A stretch of DNA of 64,000 nt from Methanomassiliicoccales archaeon. Lineage in GTDB: Archaea > Thermoplasmatota > Thermoplasmata > Methanomassiliicoccales > UBA472. Below the pieces are notes generated by a model. The model did not search any database, was not told the origin of the DNA, and saw only the letters and a list, made by a program, of their open reading frames with translations. The stretch spans positions 34,314 to 98,313 of the forward strand of contig JAVYMA010000002.1 in NCBI GenBank assembly GCA_038740345.1, given 5' to 3'. Position numbers and translations under genes: made by a program. Below are positions 55,893-64,000 of the stretch, in pieces (within the stretch, counting starts at the first letter, position 1; each line of letters opens with the position of its first letter).

Positions 55893-56858
55893 ATGAACCC
55901 TCTATTCAAAGTGAAGGCACCCGAGCTTCACGCCTCTTTTTGGTTGAATTCCGAGCCATTGACATGGAAGCAGTTGCGCGGCAAGGTCGTCATGATTGAC
56001 TTCATGACCTATTCCTGTGTGAACTGCGTGCGTACCTTCCCGCACATGCGATATCTATGGAAGGAGCTGAAAGACAAACATTTTATGATTATAGGGGTGC
56101 ACACGCCTGAATTCTCCTTCGAAAAGGAACCTAGGAATATCAGGGATGCTATCCGGAGACACGGGTTAGAATATCCTATCGCTGTGGACAATGACTATGA
56201 GATATGGAATGCTTTCGGCAATCGGTATTGGCCGGCACAATACTTTGTAGACCATGAGGGATATATTAGGCATTATAGGGCTGGTGAGGGAGGAGAGCAA
56301 GAGATTGAGGAATGGATCTCCTTGCTTCTCCGCCGAGTGGGAATGAAGGTAGAGTTTGGGCCTAGGCAGCATGAGGAGGAGATAGTTCTGCATGATCCAG
56401 TCACACCAGAGACCTACTGCGGTTTCCTGAGGAACACAGGCATGGGGAATCCCGCTGAGTGTGACGCACAGGGTAGATGTTTCTATCATGACACGGACAA
56501 AGTGCATCAGCTGGGTGTGATCTACTTAGACGGACAATGGAGGCAAACGGAAGAGTATTTGGAGCATGAGGGGAAGCAGAGGGGCCATATACTTTTAAGA
56601 TATGTAGCGGGGGAGGTCAATTTGGTGATGACATCCCAACACGAATCGAGAATCGAAGTTCTCCTGGATGGCGGCCCAGTCCCTCCTAACAAGAGAGGTG
56701 AAGACATCATGGAAGAGTCAGGGAAGACTTACGTCATGCTCAATCGAGACGACATGTTCCGTATAATAAAAGATAAAAGCGGCGCCTCCGTCCACACTCT
56801 TACCCTAGTCACAAGCGAACCTGGAGTAAGGTTTTTTGCCTACACCTTCGGTCCTTAA
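55893..56858 (+). CDS. DipZ-C-terminal-like thioredoxin-fold protein (CxxC present) with C-terminal beta-rich domain
   Basis: FWLNSEPLTWKQLRGKVVMIDFMTYSCVNCVRTFPHM..IIGVHTPEFSFEKE..YPIAVDNDYEIWNAFGNRYWPAQYF is a typical redoxin/DipZ C-terminal pattern. ATG 55893 is preferred to the track start 55803, which overlaps the upstream gene. Confidence 0.7.
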   Translation: MNPLFKVKAPELHASFWLNSEPLTWKQLRGKVVMIDFMTYSCVNCVRTFPHMRYLWKELKDKHFMIIGVHTPEFSFEKEPRNIRDAIRRHGLEYPIAVDNDYEIWNAFGNRYWPAQYFVDHEGYIRHYRAGEGGEQEIEEWISLLLRRVGMKVEFGPRQHEEEIVLHDPVTPETYCGFLRNTGMGNPAECDAQGRCFYHDTDKVHQLGVIYLDGQWRQTEEYLEHEGKQRGHILLRYVAGEVNLVMTSQHESRIEVLLDGGPVPPNKRGEDIMEESGKTYVMLNRDDMFRIIKDKSGASVHTLTLVTSEPGVRFFAYTFGP

Positions 56859-57384
56859 GCTCTGAAAAGAGATTATGCTAATAAAGTTCGTATGGAAAGG
56901 TAGGAAAATCCCTGCAACTGAAATTAGTGATGTGGAAAAATGAAAAAGAATAAGCTTTAGGATTATTGGTTTAGCGGCTTAGGAGGATTTTACAACCTAT
57001 GTAGAAGACGTTCTACGCCTCCAATCAAATTGTTCAAGGAAAAAGAAATTTTTTCGTAACTCTAGTAAGGATGGCAAGTCAATAGACTTTGCCTCTGATT
57101 GATGTAGCATCACTCAATCACACAAACGACAGAGCCACGACGTGAAAGTCGGGCCAACCTCACATGCTTATGCGCATGGAGATGATCATTTCAGAACAGT
57201 ACTGTCCACGCTTCAATATGAATGAATGATTTTAATTAATAAAACATTATGCGCGGCGGTCATAGCCAAGAAGCGGGACCTGATTAGTATTTACTTCATT
57301 TTCGGTAATTATGGTAATTAGGCATTATACTTACTAGGCAAACACCATCACATATCGGGTTCGATTGGCCCAGGGAGGAAATTA

Positions 57385-57579
57385 ATGTCTCAAGACCCGA
57401 AAGCGAGGAAATTGCCCGAGGAAGACACAATATTTTATGATGAAATCGATTTTTATCTCGACACAAGAAGGAGGATAGCCCTCATGAGTTTACGCGCTTC
57501 TGAATGCCGGCGATCAAAGCCCCTGCTCTATGTAGACTTAGACCATTATTTTGAGGATTCGGATTCCATGATGGCCTAG
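57385..57579 (+). CDS. hypothetical small acidic protein
   Basis: 64-aa ORF with GGGAGG 8 nt upstream of the ATG. No family recognised. Confidence 0.35.
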   Translation: MSQDPKARKLPEEDTIFYDEIDFYLDTRRRIALMSLRASECRRSKPLLYVDLDHYFEDSDSMMA

Positions 57580-57897
57580 GCAAAGAGTGCACGAACCTGG
57601 ACACATTTATTCAAAATACTTCATTGGATAATCTTAGCGGGACTCATTATGCTCAATACGTTTATGGCTTAGAACTCTTATTTGCAAATTCTGACCTTCT
57701 CGTCTGAGTCATTCTGAGCATTTGGAAATTAACAAGCGGTTTTCTATAAAATCGCATCGAGGCATTTCCATTTAAGTGTCATCTTGGTCTTTCGAAATAG
57801 CATGGGAAGGGAGATTATGCACAACATCGCTTTTCATGCCCATTTTATATTTCTTAGTGAATCAAAAATCATCCCACATTAGAAGGAAAATAAAAGG

Positions 57898-57973
57898 TGG
57901 CGCCGTCGAACGGGATCGAACCGTTGACCTTGTGATTAACAGTCACACGCTCTACCAACTGAGCTACGACGGC
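57898..57973 (-). tRNA. tRNA-Asn (GTT), 3' CCA encoded
   Basis: Manual cloverleaf: GCCGTCG TA GCTC AGTTGGTA GAGC G TGTGA CTGTTAA TCACA AGGTC AACGG TTCGATC CCGTT CGACGGC G CCA. 76 nt. All stems pair. Confidence 0.92.
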
Positions 57974-58002
57974 CTGCAATGTTGCGGAAAACTATCGCCT
58001 GG

Positions 58003-58010
58003 TATTAAAC
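58003..58010 (-). promoter_or_regulatory. TATA-like box upstream of tRNA-Asn
   Basis: The minus strand reads GTTTAATA 30 nt upstream of the tRNA 5' end. Confidence 0.35.
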
Positions 58011-58030
58011 TTTTGGGAATCTAGCCTCAA

Positions 58031-58270
58031 TTAGGGCAATGAGCCTCGCAATCTATTGACGGTCTCATCCATTGAGGTCAATATCGATTTCAGGTCCGTG
58101 AAGAAATCCTGTAGCTTTTCAGTCGTCACCGCCCCCTCTGGAGACGGAGCGATCAGTCCTTCCTGCTCAAGTATCCTCAGCGAATAGCGAACCTTATGCT
58201 GGGGAACATTCAGAAGTTCTGAGAGCCGGATGATGCCTATTGGCTCGTGCTCCATTATGGCTTTGAGCAT
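58031..58270 (-). CDS. small winged-helix transcriptional regulator
   Basis: 79-aa ORF containing EPIGIIRLSELLNVPQHKVRYSLRILEQEGLIAPSPEGA. In-frame upstream codons (..LEGEIELLERHVT) also look like part of the family's N-terminal helix but contain no ATG/GTG/TTG. Confidence 0.6.
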   Translation of the reverse strand: MLKAIMEHEPIGIIRLSELLNVPQHKVRYSLRILEQEGLIAPSPEGAVTTEKLQDFFTDLKSILTSMDETVNRLRGSLP

Positions 58271-58573
58271 CGTGACATGTCTCTCAAGGAGTTCTATCTC
58301 GCCCTCGAGCTTGCTTGTGAGAACGCTCCTTCCCTTCGTGACATCACCCTACCATCAACTTCTTCGGCATAATGTCATGACATGTCTCCTTATTAATTCG
58401 TTGCCCTCACGTGCTTTAGTTGCCAGGATAATTCAAGGGCCCGTTCAAGTTTTTGATGCTAGAGATTTAACCTTTCCTAAATTTTCATCTTTACTTATAC
58501 TTTTGCCTAGTGCTTAATGGACTCAAAAAGTCTCCAAAGCAGGGAAAATCTTACTGGATATCCTAGCGATTAA

Positions 58574-59410
58574 TCAGACCTTATTAATTTCGCATGCCCA
58601 CCTATCATAGAAAGGGTCGCCCTCATTTTCGAACGTCTGAACCCTGCATTCTTTTTCTTGAGCCCAGGATTGGATCTGCCTAGCCTCTCTCTCCGTCCCT
58701 ACCGTCACAAGCAGGAGTTCGGTCACCTCTATCATCTCATGAGTGATCTTTCTCCAAAAGGGTGCATTATGCGGTCCAATTTCACCCGCCATGAGCATTA
58801 TTCCATATTCGCAACGTGTTAAGTACTTCGATGCATGGGTGCCGTCAAGGCACATCGTCTCCTCAGGCATTAGCCGGCCTTTGCGCAACCCTAAGGACAG
58901 GAGAGAGGGATCGTTATCAAAAGAAATGGGAAGCATCCCCAAGCTTCGTAGGGCAACCGACCCCGCACCAGATCCGCAACAAGCGTCGATGCATATTTCT
59001 CCTTCCATCGAACCCCACCTATTATTTATCAACCGTGAGATATTGAGGACACGGCCAGGATTGAAGTCATCGAGCGCGGGGGGCACTTCTTCAGCGATCC
59101 TCAAAGAGTAATATTCTCGCACCGCCGCCTGCCACTCATTCTTCTCTTCTTGAAAGATTTCCGCATCCAATTCCTCAAGCTTATCAAAAATCTCGGGATC
59201 AGGTCTGCGTAGTAGGAAAGAGGTGCATTTCCATCCCTTACCACTGTCTAAAGCGACAGCTAAGGGGTAATCGTCCGTAGAAATGAGCAATTTGGCTGCC
59301 TTGGCGGGCATAGATAGAATCATTCCTGTATATTTGTCATCAGCAAGATCCTCAAAGGTAGGCTCTATAAATTCCACTTCATCTAAGTCGAGCAATATCG
59401 CAGCGCGCAT
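58574..59410 (-). CDS. hypothetical protein with possible class I methyltransferase motif
   Basis: 278-aa ORF. ICIDACCGSGAGSVAL resembles SAM-binding motif I. Otherwise unrecognised. Confidence 0.4.
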   Translation of the reverse strand: MRAAILLDLDEVEFIEPTFEDLADDKYTGMILSMPAKAAKLLISTDDYPLAVALDSGKGWKCTSFLLRRPDPEIFDKLEELDAEIFQEEKNEWQAAVREYYSLRIAEEVPPALDDFNPGRVLNISRLINNRWGSMEGEICIDACCGSGAGSVALRSLGMLPISFDNDPSLLSLGLRKGRLMPEETMCLDGTHASKYLTRCEYGIMLMAGEIGPHNAPFWRKITHEMIEVTELLLVTVGTEREARQIQSWAQEKECRVQTFENEGDPFYDRWACEINKV

Positions 59411-59806
59411 TATTTCTCATCTTAAATCTCAGAGATGTTCATAAAGCCTTCCCATTAGATCAACAAAAGGATGCAATCTTTTTTATCGAACTCCTGGTAA
59501 GCTTATTATATTGATACGAATTAATGTCGCATTATTTATATATAATATAATTATAAATAAATCTGATTTATTTAAGAAGAAGGTACAACGGCAGGGAACT
59601 AAAATTACAAAAATAACGTCCTAAATCAAAAAAATGCTAAATCCCTATTTTTAAAAATGGAGTTAATCAGATTTAGAGTTCCCCCTTTTATAAAAAAATT
59701 AGCGGTGATCATAGCGTTTACACAAAGGTCCATGTTCCATCATCCTTTATGACTACTGAGTTTTAAAAGGAACTCTAAATTACAACAAAGGATAGTCTTA
59801 AGGCAA

Positions 59807-60568
59807 TTGTTGAATAGTACCTTTTCCGTCTTCAGAGGCGTGGACGTAATTGTGGTAAATCAACTTAGCAAGAAATATGGCTCGAAGTTAGCTCTTGACG
59901 GCATATCCTTTACAGTGGAGAAGGGTAAGTTATTCGGTTGTTTTGGACCAAATGGTGCGGGAAAAAGCTCCTTGCTACGCATCCTGACAGGCCAGACACA
60001 GCCGAGTCAGGGGAATGCTGCGGTACTGGGCTTGGACTGTGCCTCACAAGGGCTGGAGATCAAGAGGCGTGTGGGCATCGTTCCGGAGGTGGAGAGCCCC
60101 CCTTCTTATCTTACCGCCTGGGAGTTTTTGTATTTCACGTGCAAAGTACGCCAAGTCAAGGATGAAGAGCGAAGGATTGAGCACTGGCTCGATTTCTTTG
60201 ATCTCCATGAGGCCAAGGGCACTCTGTGCCGTGACCTTTCCAAGGGAATGAGGCAGAAAGTGATGTTGGCGTCGGCTTTCATACATGAACCCGAGCTCCT
60301 TTTCCTGGATGAGGCATTCATCAATCTGGATCCCATATATCAGAAGAAATTGCGTGATTATCTACTGTCTTTGAGATCCCAAGGACGCACCATATTCTTA
60401 TGCTCGCACATGCTGGATATAGCGCAGCGGCTTTGCCAGGAAGTGGTCATATTGAACAAGGGACGACTGGTCGCGCATGAGCAAATAGCACAGCTAGAGG
60501 AACGTGGCGAGAGCCTCGAGCAATTGTTCCTGAGAATGGTAGGAGAACTGGATGCTCGATCTGATTAA
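59807..60568 (+). CDS. ABC transporter ATP-binding protein
   Basis: Walker A GPNGAGKSS, signature LSKGMRQKV, Walker B LLFLDEAF, H-loop CSHM. The track start is TTG 59807. GTG 59840 (giving MDVIVVNQLSKKYG) is at least as plausible. Confidence 0.85.
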   Translation: MLNSTFSVFRGVDVIVVNQLSKKYGSKLALDGISFTVEKGKLFGCFGPNGAGKSSLLRILTGQTQPSQGNAAVLGLDCASQGLEIKRRVGIVPEVESPPSYLTAWEFLYFTCKVRQVKDEERRIEHWLDFFDLHEAKGTLCRDLSKGMRQKVMLASAFIHEPELLFLDEAFINLDPIYQKKLRDYLLSLRSQGRTIFLCSHMLDIAQRLCQEVVILNKGRLVAHEQIAQLEERGESLEQLFLRMVGELDARSD

Positions 60569-62009
60569 GCTAATGCTAAAGGAGGAATACCGCCTGCACG
60601 TCTCCTATTCCTCAGCTAGGGTATTCTTCTCCATGCCTGTATACGTTTTCGCCATCAGTTTCTTCTTCACCTCTACATTGCCTATAATTGAGGCTAACAT
60701 CCCGATACGCGATATACTTCTCTTCACCAATGCAGGCGTCTTCATCTACGGCTTGAGCGTAGGAGCTTTCGGATTCCTGGGTAAGACATATCTGGAGAGG
60801 CGGTATGGTCGGACTAATTTTCTGGTAGCGATGCCCTTCCTGCTGCCCTTCACTTTTAGGAAAGCCTATGCCTCGATGTACCTTAGGGATGTCATTTTCT
60901 ATGTAGTTTTGATCCTCATTCCTGGGTTGGTTGGAGCCCTGGCTTCTACCTTGGTGGTAAATTATAGGCTTGTCTCGTTATTGGCAGTGTTCGTAACGGT
61001 GCTTTTATCCTTTCTTTTAGGGGTGTCTTTTTCTTTCCTCGTCTCAGTACTTTACATCCGCTCTAAAGCGGCCTTCTTGGTGGTGATGACGGCCTTTATG
61101 ATTCTCATAATGGCTTACGGCATTGACCTTATCCCATTGGAGTACCTTCTTCCATCTTGGGGTTTCCAGTTAGGCCTTAGACCCCTGGGGGAGGACCTAT
61201 CCTTATCGATTGTGTATTTTATCATTAGTCTGGTCTCGTGCCTAGCCATGGCAGCATCAGCAGTGATTTTGGTCCGGCAAATTCCTTTGGTGGAAACACA
61301 GCGCGTTGGGGACAACTATCCCCGTTACTTCGATGCCTTTCGAATGGCCCGATCCCTACAGCCTTTACTTTCCAAGGAGTTCTCAGATATGGCCCGTTCC
61401 GGCGGGATCAGTAAGATGCTGATTGCTTATATCGTCCCATTACTCCTCATATCCTTCACTACTTGGTACGTGAATAACGGCTTAGCCATTCCAGTAGGTT
61501 TCAATACTGTATTCTATGCCGCAATGGTGGGTTCTTTCGGCATACTGTTATATTCTTGGATCGCGAACCTCGACGCATTGGATTATCTTGAGACCTTACC
61601 TATCACGGTTCCCCAGGTCATCAAGGCCAAGCTTGCTGCCTTCTTCCTACTCACCATCCTAACTTCGACCTTTTTCGTGTTGGCCATAGCCTCGGTCAAC
61701 CAAGAGACAAGACTGCTATGGTTGGCACTGCCTGTACTCTACACCACCACAGCCTTTATGGTGGTGGCCACCGCATACCTGACAGGCCTAAGCCCTAACT
61801 CAGTCCTTTTCAATCCTGGGGTGATGACACGGTTCATGATGGTTTCGCTACTGCCTGATCTGGGCATAGCCATCTTGTCTTTCAGCCTCGATCGTGATCC
61901 TGTGATTTCCATCACCGGTATACTCACTGTGCTCAGTGTCCTCTCCATCTCTACCTTAATTCTATATAGAGGTATTGAGGGCAAGTATGCGCATCAAAAT
62001 TTCGTATAG
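60552..62009 (+). CDS. polytopic membrane protein, putative permease partner of the ABC ATPase
   Basis: 485-aa ORF with at least 10 hydrophobic segments. It overlaps the ATPase gene by 17 nt. Confidence 0.55.
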   Translation: MLDLIKLMLKEEYRLHVSYSSARVFFSMPVYVFAISFFFTSTLPIIEANIPIRDILLFTNAGVFIYGLSVGAFGFLGKTYLERRYGRTNFLVAMPFLLPFTFRKAYASMYLRDVIFYVVLILIPGLVGALASTLVVNYRLVSLLAVFVTVLLSFLLGVSFSFLVSVLYIRSKAAFLVVMTAFMILIMAYGIDLIPLEYLLPSWGFQLGLRPLGEDLSLSIVYFIISLVSCLAMAASAVILVRQIPLVETQRVGDNYPRYFDAFRMARSLQPLLSKEFSDMARSGGISKMLIAYIVPLLLISFTTWYVNNGLAIPVGFNTVFYAAMVGSFGILLYSWIANLDALDYLETLPITVPQVIKAKLAAFFLLTILTSTFFVLAIASVNQETRLLWLALPVLYTTTAFMVVATAYLTGLSPNSVLFNPGVMTRFMMVSLLPDLGIAILSFSLDRDPVISITGILTVLSVLSISTLILYRGIEGKYAHQNFV

Positions 62010-62046
62010 AGATGAAGAATAAAATAGAAATTCCATATGGCTCTCG

Positions 62047-62616
62047 ATGGAAGAAGGCTATTGGTTGAGACGCATAGTGCACATGAGCGCACCCCTTCTA
62101 TTGATATATTATGCAATTCCCGATTTCATATTCGGGGTGGGGAAATGGTTAGGCTTAGTTCTCATATTGATAATCGTCCTTTTTTTCGACCTAATGCGCT
62201 TAGCTTTCCAATGGAGGATTATTGGCTTTCGTGATTACGAGTATCGCCGTCTATCCGCTGCTGCCTGGGCGGCCTTGGGGTTCACTCTAATATTCCTTCT
62301 CTTTCCTTTGGAGATTGCCGCGCCGGCAGTTCTGGGGATGGCTTTAGTAGATCCAATGATAGGTGAGTTGCGTCGACGAGAGAGTAGGTTATATCCTTTA
62401 TTGCCTGCTATATTCTATTACGTTTTGGCCTCACTCTGTTTCTATTATATTATAGGGTTTGATTGGATCATAATGCTGGCCTGCTTAATAGCTACCATTT
62501 TGGCCATAGGGGTGGAAAGAGCGCGTACAAAATTTGTAGACGATGACTTTCTCATGCTAGTTGTACCCGCATGCGCTCTCGCTATTACCCTGAGTCTCAC
62601 TTCTTCTCTTTCCTGA
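62047..62616 (+). CDS. hypothetical membrane protein (weak resemblance to CTP-dependent polyprenol kinase family)
   Basis: 189-aa hydrophobic ORF. GMALVDPMIGELRRR is loosely reminiscent of the GDxxAxxxGxxxG motif. Low confidence in the family call. Confidence 0.4.
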   Translation: MEEGYWLRRIVHMSAPLLLIYYAIPDFIFGVGKWLGLVLILIIVLFFDLMRLAFQWRIIGFRDYEYRRLSAAAWAALGFTLIFLLFPLEIAAPAVLGMALVDPMIGELRRRESRLYPLLPAIFYYVLASLCFYYIIGFDWIIMLACLIATILAIGVERARTKFVDDDFLMLVVPACALAITLSLTSSLS

Positions 62617-63043
62617 TCATATTTCCCCAGGGAGCGCGGTAAACGTCACGCTTGACCTTGGTCTCTATGGCTTGAATCGGGCCATCACAACAGTCTAATG
62701 CCGCCTGTTCGGTATTGTGCCGCTTTCCGCATGTGAAGCATTGGTATTTGATAGGCATCCACACCTCGAATGCAGCTGACCGATAATAATCTTTTCATCC
62801 ATCACTAATTAATTTTACTTACGACTAGGAATTTTATAATAATAAATTTCACAACCATCTGGCAAGTTTTAATAAGAAAGTCAAAGCAAGAGTATTAAGA
62901 ATTAGGCCTTTATATATTAAACGGATCATTGTGTCGATGTCTGATAATTTAGGCATCGCATTGGGTGTTAACGACTATTTTCTTACTTGATGCGAGCAAG
63001 GACTCACATTTATTTATAATCCTGTAAACCAATTAGAGGTGAT

Positions 63044-63541
63044 ATGAATAGAATAAAGGTCATCAACGAGCCCTCAGAACTCGTCCCGATGCTACGGGCC
63101 GTTGATACCAAGGTGAAGAGGGAGGTCCTTAAAGAGGTCACCTTGGAGTGGCGTACTGCAAAGGAGATCGAGGCCAAGTACGGGGAGGAGGGCAAGGAGG
63201 CCATACGCTTCTTCGAGAAGATGAAGCTGGTAGAAACCAAGTGGCAATCCACGGGGGGAAACTATCCGGAGAAGTCCTATCACACTTATTATAACTCGTT
63301 CCACATCAATGCCTCTTGGCCGGTCTATGAGATATCGGACGTGTTGTCAGTAGCTATGATGCCAGAGGAGGAGTTCAAGGAACTCGAGGAAAAGATACTC
63401 AAGATGGTAGGCAGTGAGGGAAAGTTCTCTGGTGACGTGGCTGAGAAGCTGGGAATAACTTCCACTATGCTGAAGTCTCTGGTGAAGAGATCCGTTCGGC
63501 TTGACTTCCGTGGGCACCGCATAGAGCGCGTCAAGGATTGA
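63044..63541 (+). CDS. hypothetical protein, possible winged-helix DNA-binding protein
   Basis: 165-aa ORF. KREVLKEVTLEWRTAKEIEAKYGEEGKEAIRFFEKMKLVE looks like a wHTH. It lies immediately upstream of trm56. Confidence 0.4.
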   Translation: MNRIKVINEPSELVPMLRAVDTKVKREVLKEVTLEWRTAKEIEAKYGEEGKEAIRFFEKMKLVETKWQSTGGNYPEKSYHTYYNSFHINASWPVYEISDVLSVAMMPEEEFKELEEKILKMVGSEGKFSGDVAEKLGITSTMLKSLVKRSVRLDFRGHRIERVKD

Positions 63542-63551
63542 GCAGGTGGAG

Positions 63552-64000
63552 AATGGAAATACACGTGCTTAGGCTAGGCCATCGTCCCGCGAGGGACAAG
63601 CGCATCTCCACTCATGTGGCCCTGACCTCTCGCGCTTTAGGGGCCAAAACCATCGCCTTCTCTACGAAGGACCCTGACTTAGAGGAGAGTGTGATGGATG
63701 TGGTTCGACGTTTTGGTGGGGATTTTGAAATCAGGACGGGTGTGAAATGGAAGCCCTTCATGCGCGATTTCGAGGGCACGAGAGTGCACCTCACAATGTA
63801 TGGACTGCATATCGATAACGTGATGCCTAAGATATGGACGCATGCAGAAGAGCGTTTGCTGGTAGTGGTGGGAGCGGAAAAGGTACCAGGAGACGTGTAT
63901 CAAATGGCTGATTTCAATGTGGCGGTAGGGAATCAGCCACACTCCGAAGTCGCTGCATTGGCGGTCTTCCTAGACCGTCTCACTAGGGGAGAAGGGCTGA
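63552..64000 (+). CDS. trm56: tRNA (cytidine56-2'-O)-methyltransferase aTrm56 (SPOUT), runs off the right edge
   Basis: Not in the ORF track (no stop in window). My translation is MEIHVLRLGHRPARDKRISTHVALTSRALGA...HLTMYG...VVVGAEKVPGDVY..ADFNVAVGNQPHSEVAALAVFLDRL, matching the aTrm56 pattern. GGTGGAG precedes the ATG. Confidence 0.85.

Noticed and set aside
62687-62759. Small minus-strand zinc-finger-like ORF MPIKYQCFTCGKRHNTEQAAIRLL with GAGGTG upstream
   Set aside because: On careful re-reading it terminates after 24 codons. The attractive longer reading (..ALDCCDGP..) needs a 1-nt deletion. It is too short and unsupported to call, but could be a frameshifted remnant.
1-64000. Search for CRISPR arrays, rRNA genes, IS/transposase, integrase or prophage genes
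   Set aside because: By eye I found no regularly spaced direct repeats, no rRNA-like sequence and no ORF with transposase or integrase motifs. Absence is only as good as a manual scan.

Overview
The window looks like archaeal chromosome. Supporting evidence: a Trm56 tRNA methyltransferase, an archaellin-type class III signal peptide, a DUF835 membrane protein, Lrp/AsnC regulators, and TATA-like boxes about 30 nt upstream of both tRNA genes. The gene content suggests an anaerobe, but I cannot fix the lineage from sequence alone. I call about 64 protein-coding genes or pseudogenes and 2 tRNAs. I found no rRNA, CRISPR array or recognisable transposase/integrase. All family assignments come from motif recognition by eye; no BLAST or HMM search was run. 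Main points: (1) 4728-12160 is a six-gene, translationally coupled operon with the gene order of E. coli hydrogenase-4 (hyfB-C-E-F-G-H/I). Its catalytic large subunit has lost all four [NiFe] cysteine ligands, and its ferredoxin and NuoB-like subunits are fused. This matches the biochemically uncharacterised Ehr type (energy-converting hydrogenase-related). It sits divergent from an HdrD-like Fe-S/CCG oxidoreductase and a rubrerythrin-like gene. (2) There are two heavily decayed pseudogenes: an ftsZ paralogue (26486-27585) and a glutaredoxin-domain/AhpF-like flavoprotein disulfide reductase (32378-34069). (3) GATAAT/ATTATC hexamers, reminiscent of a Fur box, recur in clusters in several AT-rich upstream regions, including one upstream of a flavodoxin-like gene. 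(4) Several unusual protein architectures occur: a pseudo-receiver response regulator; a C11 protease with 3 PPC-like repeats, 2 FN3 domains, a TM helix and a cytoplasmic zinc ribbon; a NOX-type ferric-reductase flavocytochrome; a Kv channel fused to SHOCT; a covalent Lrp tandem; and a tandem DipZ-C-like thioredoxin pair in which one copy lacks CxxC. There is also a P-II-like plus 2x DUF1538 operon. (5) A 48-aa zinc-ribbon gene falls below the ORF-track cutoff, and there is one candidate small RNA.
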